A stretch of 64,000 bases of DNA from contig CAVPKK010000007.1 of the NCBI GenBank assembly GCA_963705705.1, positions 32,001 to 96,000 on the forward strand, read 5' to 3'. Position 1 is the first letter of the stretch. Every line of letters begins with the position of its first letter. This document shows, piece after piece, positions 29,863 to 39,335 of this stretch. Made by a program: the position numbers and the translations under genes. The notes under the pieces were generated by a model. It was not told the DNA's origin. It saw only the letters and a list, made by a program, of their open reading frames with translations, and did no database searches. The stretch comes from an uncultured bacterium (lineage in GTDB: Bacteria > Babelota > Babeliae > Babelales > JABCYS01).

Positions 29863-30849
29863 ATGATCAAGCGTCTATTATTATTTGTGATTGCAACTGG
29901 CTCGCTCCAGGCAATTACTTTCCGGTCTTATTATTATCTGCATGAAAAAGAGCTCCTGGCAGAGTTGCAAACGGGTAAATTAATTATTCCTGGAAAACGC
30001 ATAAGTTCGCTTGATGGGATGAACTCCACTTCCATTCCGGAGCTTAATAACTTACAAATTCTCAACTTAAGTGACAATGATCTGCCTGCGGATCTTCTAG
30101 ATGCCAACGGTTTTTACGGTTTTTCTTTCCCCCGGCTCCAGGTTATAAATCTCATCAATAATCCCATCGGATACAGCGAGCAAGAGCTCCGAGAATACCT
30201 AGAACTTCCTGATAACGTACAGCTCTTCTTCAAATCCTCCGCCCAACATGAACTCGAACAGCATCTTCTCACCGCCGTCCTAACGCTAGATGTTGATGAA
30301 GTGCTCCGACTATTGGACAACATAACTAATGGTACAATTACAGCGCCTTTCCACACGCTCATTCAGATTGATAAAATAGTTACACCAGAGCAATGGAACC
30401 TATTGCATCAGCTCGCCTTCGCCGCCGGTAGCCGTATAGAAGGAATCCGTCAGACGCTCAATGACCTTAACATTCAGGCTCGCGGCGCACCAGAATTACC
30501 TTCCGAACAGGAGCAGGGTTTATTGGAAGAATGGTCGGACACAACATCCAAAGCATTAAAAATCTTATTTGCGATCAATGCTGCAAGTCCACAAGCAATG
30601 CGAAATATGCTCACCGATCACGTAGAAGGTGATGTACCGATCGATACCTTACGCCAATATATACCCGAAGGTGGCGCGCTTGATACAGCCTTTGATGAGC
30701 TTACCGTTTGGTATTTAGAGCTGAAGAAAGGTCCAAACAATTCCCTGCAACGCACCATTAAAGAAGAAAAAGAATGGGTCTCTTCAATGGAAGAAGCGCC
30801 AACAGTCCCCATGCATGATGAAACCGAATCAGAATCAGAAGATACCTAA
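29863..30849 (+). CDS. Secreted LRR plus ankyrin-like protein (paralog of 17853 and 30871)
   Basis: Signal peptide; LQILNLSDNDL, NNPIG...LFFKS and WNLLHQ motifs; acidic tail. Confidence 0.8.
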   Translation: MIKRLLLFVIATGSLQAITFRSYYYLHEKELLAELQTGKLIIPGKRISSLDGMNSTSIPELNNLQILNLSDNDLPADLLDANGFYGFSFPRLQVINLINNPIGYSEQELREYLELPDNVQLFFKSSAQHELEQHLLTAVLTLDVDEVLRLLDNITNGTITAPFHTLIQIDKIVTPEQWNLLHQLAFAAGSRIEGIRQTLNDLNIQARGAPELPSEQEQGLLEEWSDTTSKALKILFAINAASPQAMRNMLTDHVEGDVPIDTLRQYIPEGGALDTAFDELTVWYLELKKGPNNSLQRTIKEEKEWVSSMEEAPTVPMHDETESESEDT

Positions 30850-30870
30850 AAAACCATTACAAAGAACAAC

Positions 30871-31725
30871 ATGACACATCGACTTATATTATTATCCATT
30901 TTCATGATTGCCTCATCAGCCCAGGCCATCTCATTCCGCGACTATTATCAGCTCCAGGAAAAAACCATCCTCGCATCACTAAGCGAGGCACGACTCGATC
31001 TTTCCGGAAAACATCTCACTTCCCTGGACGGATTCAACCTCACCGACTCTCCCGAACTCGCCGCACTCCAGACCCTCAACCTCAACGACAACGACCTCAC
31101 ACACATTCCTTCACCATTTATTTTCCCCAATCTCAGCCGGATCTATCTCATCAACAATCCCATCCCGGGAACCACCGACCAACTCCGAGAGACACTCGGC
31201 CTCCCCAAACACACAACACTCTTTTTCAAGTCCACTGCCCAGGAACTATTCGAGGAACAGCTCACCAAGGCCGTATCATCACTCGACGTTGGCGCAGAGC
31301 AGCACCTCCTCAAAGAACTAACCAAGGGTATGATCACAGCACCATTCATCACACCCATTCAACTTGCTAAGATCCGTGATGCTCACGGCAACACGTTGCT
31401 CCATTTATTAGCTACGAGCGCCGGAAACTGCATAAAGATCATGCGCAACGTTGAAGAACTTTCTGAAATATGGTCTCTTGTAACTGATAACTCTCTCCAA
31501 GTCCTTTTTGCGCTCAACGGGGCAGACCAAAATGCTGTCCGTGAAATGCTTATAACTCGTAACCCGCAAGGACAAATCCCAGCAGAGATCATCTTGGATC
31601 TGGCAGGACCGGGCCCATTATATAAAGCCTTTATTAAACTCGCGCGCACCTATACCAATACGGAACCGATTCCAGAAGAAAGCGTTGCGACCATGGCGGA
31701 TGTAGAAGAGGAAATGGAAAAGTAG
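30871..31725 (+). CDS. Secreted LRR plus ankyrin-like protein (tandem paralog of 29863)
   Basis: QAISFRDYY, LQTLNLNDNDL, NNPIP...LFFKS and KIRDAHGNTLLH motifs. Confidence 0.8.
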   Translation: MTHRLILLSIFMIASSAQAISFRDYYQLQEKTILASLSEARLDLSGKHLTSLDGFNLTDSPELAALQTLNLNDNDLTHIPSPFIFPNLSRIYLINNPIPGTTDQLRETLGLPKHTTLFFKSTAQELFEEQLTKAVSSLDVGAEQHLLKELTKGMITAPFITPIQLAKIRDAHGNTLLHLLATSAGNCIKIMRNVEELSEIWSLVTDNSLQVLFALNGADQNAVREMLITRNPQGQIPAEIILDLAGPGPLYKAFIKLARTYTNTEPIPEESVATMADVEEEMEK

Positions 31726-31776
31726 ATAGAGAATAGAGTGCAGAAAATCTTGGTCCAAGTACGCAGAGCCGGCGCA

Positions 31777-33017
31777 TTCCCGTTTAAGGAATTAATAATT
31801 TATTTCTTGTAAAGTCGTCGTTAAAAACAAATTTTTTTATATGGTTTTCAATCCCTAATTCATATTCGTATATATATAAGTGTGTTCCTATATATAGGTA
31901 ATTAATATAAATAACGTGTGTTGGTTCTTTTCGCGTGTGTGTATGAATGCGTGCGATTGGTATGTGTGGAGAGTAGGGATCTTTATCATATCCTTATATA
32001 TACAGGTATACGTATGTGCCTATATGTTTTAATCGTGTTTTATTCAGGACTATCCCACGAATTTCATAATTGCTTTAGATTGACATGACCGCGCTCATCC
32101 TGAGTTAATCGAAGGATATAGCGCGAAATAGATTCTTGTATTGATATCGCCTATAAGGTTATTGCCCGATATAAGCTATCGCCCTTCTATCTATCTCTAT
32201 ATATAGGTTAGGGTATCACCCTTCTCATATATACCTTTATATATCTTCTCTTATTTTTACTCTTTTTATAAATGCTTCGGCAGCCAATGCGCACGGAGGC
32301 GAAGCCGACGAAAGGTCACGCGGAGGCCTGTCCCCGAAGGGCCGAGGCCCATCGGGACGAAGGTCACCCGAAGCCAATAAGTCATCCATAATCTCAGCGA
32401 CTCAAAAGGCGGAGGGGGAGACAAGAGGCGGAGCGAGGAAGCGGCGGGGAGACGGAGTGAGGAAATCCCGGGGCGCCGCGCGGCGGGACAGAGCCAGCGC
32501 CAACTAATAATAAATATATCATAAAATCCATAACCGCCCTGCCCCAAATATACACGCCAAAATAAGCCCACATGAAATCACACGTGGCAAACTGACAAAG
32601 ATAACGATCAGCAAGGCACTCAATTCAATATCACCCAACCTAATAACAACCACCCGCCATGAACGATGCAAACTACCACGATCAAAAAGCTAACCAATCA
32701 CACCCCACAAAACGCGTTATCAGAAATATATATAAGGAAGGAAAACACCATGCGACAGATTATCGCCTATTTAAATAAGCAATCTGCGCCCAAACCCACA
32801 TAATGAAATGTTGCAAATATATTATGCGGACCCGCAGCACCGCCCCGCCCATTGAACTGGAATGGGTGTATATGCGTTATCAGAAATATAATAATTTGAA
32901 TAAGAGATATCGGCGACAATAAGCACTTCGTTAATTTACGGCCTGAGAGATCAAGCTCATTATTAATATGACATCGACAAGCACAACTCGCACCCTTCTT
33001 CCCGTTTAAGGATTAAT
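31777..33017. other. 1.2-kb non-coding island bounded by direct repeats
   Basis: ttcccgtttaagga(a)ttaat at 31777 and 32999; AT-rich flanks, a GC-rich hairpin core and an internal 17-bp direct repeat. Confidence 0.55.
32090..32125 (+). repeat. REP-like palindromic repeat, family A
   Basis: cgcgctcatcctgagttaatcgaaggatatagcgcg. Confidence 0.85.
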
Positions 33018-33066
33018 CCCTACGTGGCGCATGAGTAGTAATTGATAAGCGCGAATCAGAAGTAAA

Positions 33067-33360
33067 TTAAGATTTTCCCAGAGCAGCAATTTGCTTAGCC
33101 ATCTCTTGCTGAGTTGTATCCATTTTCTGAGAAAGATCAGTCACGATTTTAGTAGCAGCACTAATAGCGGTTTGCACCGCAGTCATTTTCTGCTGAACCG
33201 CAGGCTCAGTGAGACTAGTTGATTGCAGTAATTGGCCAACAAATGTAGATATAGGATCGGCTAACTGTTGAATTGCATCATTAGCTTGTTTTAAAAGACC
33301 TTCATAACGATCGTCCATTTGTTTTGAAAGCGTAAGATACTGATCCATAACCGTTTTCAT
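33067..33360 (-). CDS. Helical/coiled-coil hypothetical protein (possibly the frameshifted C-terminus of the 33357 gene)
   Basis: Ala/Gln-rich amphipathic helices, no signal peptide, ATGA overlap within an A-run. Confidence 0.6.
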   Translation of the reverse strand: MKTVMDQYLTLSKQMDDRYEGLLKQANDAIQQLADPISTFVGQLLQSTSLTEPAVQQKMTAVQTAISAATKIVTDLSQKMDTTQQEMAKQIAALGKS

Positions 33361-33728
33361 TTTGCTTGAAAATCTTTTTGCGCCTGTGCCATTACGCTTG
33401 CTTGATTCACCGCTGCCATCTTTGTTTTTACAACATTTTCGATGTCGCTCACGCTCTTTTGCCTAATAGCGTTTATCTGATCATCAAAATTCTTTTTAGC
33501 CGTTGCAATGGCTTGGTCAGCATCCGCCTGAATCTTTTTTATTTGGTCATTTGCTGCTTGGGTTGCTGCTAAGATCTGCTTATTAATCATGTCCAGCTCT
33601 TTATTGACCTCAGTTTGTAAAGAACTAGCTTTATCTTGCAATTGCTTTGCTACCGTGGAACAATCATCACCAAAAGCCAGTCGCGTTATAGCTAATATAA
33701 GCATTGCTACTATTATTCTTCTTTTCAT
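33357..33728 (-). CDS. Secreted coiled-coil/apolipoprotein-like protein
   Basis: Signal peptide (LAFG-DDC), heptad A/Q/K-rich helices and TAATG coupling to the upstream gene. Confidence 0.7.
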   Translation of the reverse strand: MKRRIIVAMLILAITRLAFGDDCSTVAKQLQDKASSLQTEVNKELDMINKQILAATQAANDQIKKIQADADQAIATAKKNFDDQINAIRQKSVSDIENVVKTKMAAVNQASVMAQAQKDFQAK

Positions 33729-34738
33729 TATACCCCCTGAGTCAGTTGTTGTAGCCGAGATACCACTTCTTGAACTCGTGGATCTTTTACACTCTTCACT
33801 TGCGGAATAATATTCAGCGCCCCATTTACCGTGGTAATTAATTGCTGCAGCTTATCAATTGATGCTTTTACCTGTCGCTGATTTTTCTGATTTTTATCTG
33901 TTAACGATTGCGCATTTGTTTGTTGTGTTTTTTGTAACGCTGCTTGCAGATCATCCTGCATCTTTTTCAATGGAGCAGCATAGCTCTGCTGAGCAGCCTT
34001 CACCTTCTCATCCAAATCCTTTTCATTCTGTGCCAAATTTTGCGCAGTTCAGTTTTTACTTTTTCAAGCTGCGCTTTAAATGATTCGTTTACCGTAGCAA
34101 TTTGCTTATCGCTTTTACCCTTAGCATCAGCCGTTTGTCTATTTAAATCTTGTTGCAGATCAGTGATCTTCTTTCTTGCATCATCCAATGATTTATTAAT
34201 TTGCAAAATAGCTGCATGAGCTTTCGCTTCCTCTTCCGGGCATGGAGGGATAGTTTCGACTGGCGCTGCGCATATTAATTTTAATTGATCAACCAAATCT
34301 GCCTGAGCGGCCTCCAAATCCAACTATTTTCTCGCCTCGGGGACATTTTAATGTAACAGGCTCTCCCTTATCGCCTCCCGCGTTGCCCACACCATTACCA
34401 GCTGCATCTAAAGGATTGATCATATAAACAAATTCGCCCGCCTTTATGTATATTCCTGAAAATCCCAGCGGGTTTTTGAAACTATAGGGATCACCGCCGC
34501 CGCCACCCATCGTTCCCAAATCCTGATCACTGCATTTCATACCAATTTGATCAATGTTTGCAGCGCCCCGCCCGTATATCTCAGTTACAAAACCTTTTGT
34601 ACAAGCGCGCGCTTGCACTGGATCGCCACCGCTGCCACCAGCAGGTCCAACTACTGTGAGGCCATAACTTATTTGGGATGTACCAAATAAGGCTACAGCA
34701 AGAAATATTCGAGCAACTACATTCATCTTCATTTCCAT
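33728..34738 (-). pseudogene. Jacalin-like lectin plus coiled-coil protein split by two frameshifts (or assembly indels)
   Basis: Three GG.GG...I.GR.G..IDQI-type repeats; the last strand LVDQLKLIC continues in another frame at about 34300, and the coiled coil shifts frame again at about 34045. Confidence 0.7.
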
Positions 34739-34748
34739 CCTTTTATTT

Positions 34749-35135
34749 CTATCGTATTGGCCATGCGCCAGCAGAAGTAGTTTCAGGTTTTGTAGGTGTT
34801 TCTTGTTGTCGTGCTTGAATTGCCTCTTCTTCTAATTTTGTAACCTGCGCTTTTTGCGCTTGTTCGGCTGTTTGTTTCACCACTTCTTGCGCTGCAGCTA
34901 CTTGTTGCGCAATAGAAGCAATAGCTTTTGCAGTGGCTACTTCTGCAGGATTAGTTGAAACCTCAGCCTGCTGTTGCGCAAGCTTTTTTGCTTCCTGAGT
35001 TAACGCAATTGCTTTCTTTTGTGCCTGTTCGGCCTCTTTCAATTTAATTTGATAATCACGTTGCTTTAAATTGATTTGGGCCGCTAATGGCATTGCCATC
35101 AAAAAACTGATTGCATAGATATACTGCTTATACAT
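34749..35135 (-). CDS. Small secreted helical protein
   Basis: aggag RBS before MYKQYI; signal peptide (PLAA-Q); Ala/Gln-rich. Confidence 0.7.
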   Translation of the reverse strand: MYKQYIYAISFLMAMPLAAQINLKQRDYQIKLKEAEQAQKKAIALTQEAKKLAQQQAEVSTNPAEVATAKAIASIAQQVAAAQEVVKQTAEQAQKAQVTKLEEEAIQARQQETPTKPETTSAGAWPIR

Positions 35136-35164
35136 GTTGTTCTCTCCTATAATTAAAATATCTT

Positions 35165-38100
35165 TTACCAATTTGTTGGGTTAAATGCATGTCCAACTGC
35201 ATCTCCAGCTTGTTCAAGACCATGTCCCACTGTACCTGCAGCCCCTGCCGCCCAATTTGCTGCCGCCTCTCCAGCATGCTCAATGGCATGGCCAGCTTCT
35301 TGTGCCGCATCGCCAATTTTATTCACCGCATCTTTTGCAACATCACCAACGGCATTCACTGCAGTTTTTGCTGCATCGCCGACGGTGTTCACTGCTTTAG
35401 TTGCTGTTGATGCTACCGCATTGGCCGCATCTTCAGCGCCATGTGCAATGGTATTTGATGTATCTTTGACGCCATTAATGGCTGTCTCTCCTGCATTTTT
35501 AACCGCATTTGCAGCGACTTCCCCCGCATGTGCAACTTCTTCGGCTGCATATTGAACAGCACGAGCTGCCGATAGTGCGCCATCCTTAATGGCATTAATA
35601 GCATCCTTGGCACGATCATATGCCCTCTCTGCTTCTTCCTTAATGGCATTAACCGCTGGCTTGATTGCTTTATCAAAAATAGTTTCACCAATCATCTGAA
35701 AGAATTTGCCAGCATCATTTGGCGATGGCATGTTAATATTCAGCGACCAATCATAATCTTTGCTTAATACTTTTAATCCTAATTCAACGGTAACCGGCGG
35801 CCCGCCAGGCACTACCGATTTTGCCGCACCGGCGATCGAAAGTGATTCCATCTGGAAAGTGCCCAATACTTTATCGGAAAGAACATCTACTGCTTTGGTC
35901 AATCCTTTGATTGTTTCCTCAAAGCCGCGCACTGTTTGTTTTGCAATTTCCATTGGCGCTTTACAGATATCCGATGCAACAGGAATATCGCCGCATTTAT
36001 TTTCAGCATCATTCAATGCGCTATTGGCCTTATCGGTGAAGGCTGATATCTCACGCTTAGCAACATTTAAGTTATCAAGAATAGGACCACGCACGAGATT
36101 TTGGATGTCAGGTGCACTCATGCTCCAATTGAATGTTGAATCTTCTACGTGCGGAAGCGGGATTTTTGCGCCAACCTTGGTCGAAATTCCAAATAAAATT
36201 GATTCAGCTGCATATGCTAATCCTTGCGGTGAGATCGTCATATCGGTTTTCGATTTCATAAAGCCGGCAAAATTTATTAATCCATCAATACGAAATTCTT
36301 GTTTTGATCTTGAAATCTCACCATGTATGTATGGTGCTTCATTCTCATTATCCGCTGCAGTGATTTGGAAAATAGGCCCAAGCTTAATTGGCGCCGCTAG
36401 TCGACCATCAAATACCATGCGCGTGCCCAATGGATCTATCGCAACTTCCATGTTACCGCCGGTCAGAGGAGGCAGGCCTGGCAGTTCAAAATCAAGAGAA
36501 CCTTTGAGTGTGATGCCTGGCATGATCGTTTCACCCGTTGGTTTGGTTACTGGCAGGATGGCCCATTTACCAGTGACATCCCGCATACATATAAGAGTGC
36601 TTGGTAAGTTTAAATTTATGCCACTCACCTTACTTGCAGCCATGGCAGCTAGTTTGTATTGCATTGATATCATGTCGGTCAGGCATAATTTTTTGATATT
36701 AAAATCAACTGCAGAACTCTGCGGCGCGCCAATATTAATATCTACAAACCCGGTAACATCCATGTCACCCATTTTAAAGTGACCATTCAAACCAAAGCCA
36801 GAGAGTTCGCCAGCCGCGAAATTAATTTTTAGATAGGGATCATCGAGCTCGATAGGAAATCCGAGTGGATGATTAATAGCACCGCCCTTTATGCCGCCTT
36901 CGAATGCAAAGTTGCCCGGGCCTTCCTCGGTATTTACTGAAAGCATCACTTCGCGCGGTGACATACCAGGTAGAGTTACTTCACCATTAAAATCAAATGC
37001 CAATTTAGGAAATGGCAGTGCGCCTTTGAGATCAAAGTCTAAACTTGTCAGCTTTAAAAGATTGGCGATGCCTGCATTGATTAGCTTTGCAAATTTTATA
37101 TCAAAGTTCAGCGGATTGGTCAGCGGGATAATGATGTTTGGTTTAAGGCCACTCGTAACGCCCAATTTGTCGAGCACGTCGCCAACAATACCAGAAACAG
37201 TCATATCTTCAGCAGAAATAGTAAGTGTAGGTTTCTCTCCGCTAATATTGGCCGCCACTTTTACATGATTCATTTTAAGCGACATCAATTTCTCAACTGG
37301 CGTAAATGCATCTTTAAGTGGCGAAGGCATTTTGCTAATCCAGTCATTCAGATCTAGGGTCCCCAAATCGGCGCCAAGGCTGCCCGTGAATCCTTTTGGC
37401 CCTTTGGTAAGATCGGCCTGCAGGGTTAAACCAAATAAGTCTGCATCACCTACAATTTCAAATTTTTTAGTTTTTTGATTGTAGAGCGCGTGCAAATTAT
37501 TTAATGTAATATCGCCGGGCAAGGTTAAATTTTTGGCATCTGCTTCAATCGTCACACCTTTAGGGAAAATAACTTTACCTTCTTTGTAATCACGGCTCAG
37601 GTACATAACTTTGAAATTCGTTAAACCAAATTCGGTTGCGGCGGCAGTAAGATCTGAAGGCAATTTATCGGGCTCGATTGTTCCCGTTAATCGAATGATA
37701 TTTCCGCCCTTTGGCTTCAGCACTTCCAATTGCGTGGTAATCGGTCCGAAACCAACGTCGATAATAAAATTAGCGGTTGTTTTTTTTGGCGTCTTTATAA
37801 TATCGGCTTTAGCGTTGATCCCCACAACATTCGCATCACCGCTGAATTCCCATTTTTGCGGCTCTTTCTTAATTTTTGGCGTATATGCGGCATGGATATT
37901 TTTTATATGCACTTGGCCATCAGCTACCGATACTTCCTGCTTTACATCACCTGATAAGGTATATGCGGTACCTTTTTTTGTGCCGGCAAGATTTGCTGAA
38001 AGTTCTACCGTGAGATCGCCAATATCAGGCACCGATACAATGGTGGTACCAGTAATGGTAATAGTTGATGGTTTCTTTTTTGGAAAGTTTCCAACTAGTT

Positions 38101-39121
38101 TTGCTTCTTTGATTTCGCCGAAATCGGGTATCTTGATGCCACTCAATGTTGCTGTGAGTGTTCGGCCCTTGTCTTTATTTATTTCGATCTCGACTGCAAC
38201 ACCACGAGTTTCTTCTGATGAACCCCCAAGCAAGCTTCCTAAATCAGCGGTTGCGCTGATTTTATAGGTCGATGCTTTTCCTTTAGTAGCTCCGAGCGAT
38301 TCTAGTTTTATATCGGTTAGTGCAATATCGCCCAGTGGCGTGTCCGCGGCTGGGTGGATAAGCTCACCGATAGTAATCGATGGCAATGTTGCCGCAATAT
38401 TGCTTACGCCCTTTTTCACTTTGGTGTAATCGATTTGGAATTGCTTGCCAGCAATGGTAGTAAACAATGTAAAGATTGTCGGCTTTTTACCCTTCGACAT
38501 GGTGATATCAACTTCATCTAGGCGAAGAATCATGCCAGGAATAACCGAGATCGTTGGCTTGGCAATAAATTCAACGCTGAGGGTCAATGCCTTATTTTCG
38601 TAATCAAGGTTTTTGATACCGATGCGTGCTTTTTTTCCAAATAGATCGCCACGGGCAGTCAGGCCGAGCTTGCCCTCTTTATATAAGAATTGCGCATAAT
38701 CAAAGGTTAATGGGCCAATGATGAGTTTGCGATTTTCGTCTGCGATTTCTGCAACCATATTGCCTTGTGCATCTTGGGTAAATCCAATTCTTCCAATAAC
38801 CGGAAATTCCTGCACCATGGCATATTTGCTATCAGGTGGAAAAAGCTTATCTAATTCCGAAAGATCATCAGGCATATCGCCTACATCTGCTGCTATATCT
38901 GAACCATCAAGAGCGCCAGAAACATCCAAATCACCTGTGTTGCCCATTTGCTGTGCCTGCGCATCGGCGGCAGCTGCATCTTGGATGGCAGCCTTATCCC
39001 AAGCTGCAATCGCTTGTTGATTCATCGCAGGAGCTAAAGGCGCAGCTTGCTGAGCTTCAATGGCATGAATGCCTAAGCTAAATGCGATCGTATATAAGAG
39101 ATGACGTATAAACTTCATCAC
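35165..39121 (-). CDS. Large secreted beta-strand-rich protein with a LEA/apolipoprotein-like helical tail
   Basis: 1318 aa with signal peptide; about 900 aa of alternating hydrophobic strands; C-terminal 11-mer AVNxVGDAAKT-type repeats; ends NPTNW. Confidence 0.85.
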   Translation of the reverse strand: MMKFIRHLLYTIAFSLGIHAIEAQQAAPLAPAMNQQAIAAWDKAAIQDAAAADAQAQQMGNTGDLDVSGALDGSDIAADVGDMPDDLSELDKLFPPDSKYAMVQEFPVIGRIGFTQDAQGNMVAEIADENRKLIIGPLTFDYAQFLYKEGKLGLTARGDLFGKKARIGIKNLDYENKALTLSVEFIAKPTISVIPGMILRLDEVDITMSKGKKPTIFTLFTTIAGKQFQIDYTKVKKGVSNIAATLPSITIGELIHPAADTPLGDIALTDIKLESLGATKGKASTYKISATADLGSLLGGSSEETRGVAVEIEINKDKGRTLTATLSGIKIPDFGEIKEAKLVGNFPKKKPSTITITGTTIVSVPDIGDLTVELSANLAGTKKGTAYTLSGDVKQEVSVADGQVHIKNIHAAYTPKIKKEPQKWEFSGDANVVGINAKADIIKTPKKTTANFIIDVGFGPITTQLEVLKPKGGNIIRLTGTIEPDKLPSDLTAAATEFGLTNFKVMYLSRDYKEGKVIFPKGVTIEADAKNLTLPGDITLNNLHALYNQKTKKFEIVGDADLFGLTLQADLTKGPKGFTGSLGADLGTLDLNDWISKMPSPLKDAFTPVEKLMSLKMNHVKVAANISGEKPTLTISAEDMTVSGIVGDVLDKLGVTSGLKPNIIIPLTNPLNFDIKFAKLINAGIANLLKLTSLDFDLKGALPFPKLAFDFNGEVTLPGMSPREVMLSVNTEEGPGNFAFEGGIKGGAINHPLGFPIELDDPYLKINFAAGELSGFGLNGHFKMGDMDVTGFVDINIGAPQSSAVDFNIKKLCLTDMISMQYKLAAMAASKVSGINLNLPSTLICMRDVTGKWAILPVTKPTGETIMPGITLKGSLDFELPGLPPLTGGNMEVAIDPLGTRMVFDGRLAAPIKLGPIFQITAADNENEAPYIHGEISRSKQEFRIDGLINFAGFMKSKTDMTISPQGLAYAAESILFGISTKVGAKIPLPHVEDSTFNWSMSAPDIQNLVRGPILDNLNVAKREISAFTDKANSALNDAENKCGDIPVASDICKAPMEIAKQTVRGFEETIKGLTKAVDVLSDKVLGTFQMESLSIAGAAKSVVPGGPPVTVELGLKVLSKDYDWSLNINMPSPNDAGKFFQMIGETIFDKAIKPAVNAIKEEAERAYDRAKDAINAIKDGALSAARAVQYAAEEVAHAGEVAANAVKNAGETAINGVKDTSNTIAHGAEDAANAVASTATKAVNTVGDAAKTAVNAVGDVAKDAVNKIGDAAQEAGHAIEHAGEAAANWAAGAAGTVGHGLEQAGDAVGHAFNPTNW

Positions 39122-39263
39122 ACAACTCTTTTTTAAAAAAATAAATTTTACATACTGAAACTAACAGGATGGGGATAGAAAGCACAAGAGTTGCGTTGAA
39201 TAAAGGGAATAATCGATTGGTAAAAAAGAAGCGATTGAAAAATATTTTTTAAGATTATGAAAT

Positions 39264-39300
39264 AACAAAGCCCACATACTATAAGCATGCGGGCTTTGTT
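39264..39300 (-). terminator. Putative intrinsic terminator
   Basis: Stem aacaaagccc...gggctttgtt downstream of the 39336 gene. Confidence 0.6.
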
Positions 39301-39335
39301 TATGAAAGCAAAATTATGAGGTTGCCACTTACTAT

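Noticed and set aside
32266..32571. 101-aa ORF across the GC-rich core
   Set aside because: Its LRL/LRV-rich translation is typical of palindromic DNA; it has no RBS or recognisable domain.
32805..32832. dif site
   Set aside because: The minus strand has a XerC-arm-like ggtccgcataa, but the XerD arm position reads tgcaacatttc rather than ttatgttaaat, and gene orientation does not switch here.
35760..38267. Long plus-strand ORFs (340, 125 and 218 aa) opposite the 1318-aa gene
   Set aside because: They are antisense shadows arising from codon bias and have no motifs or RBS.
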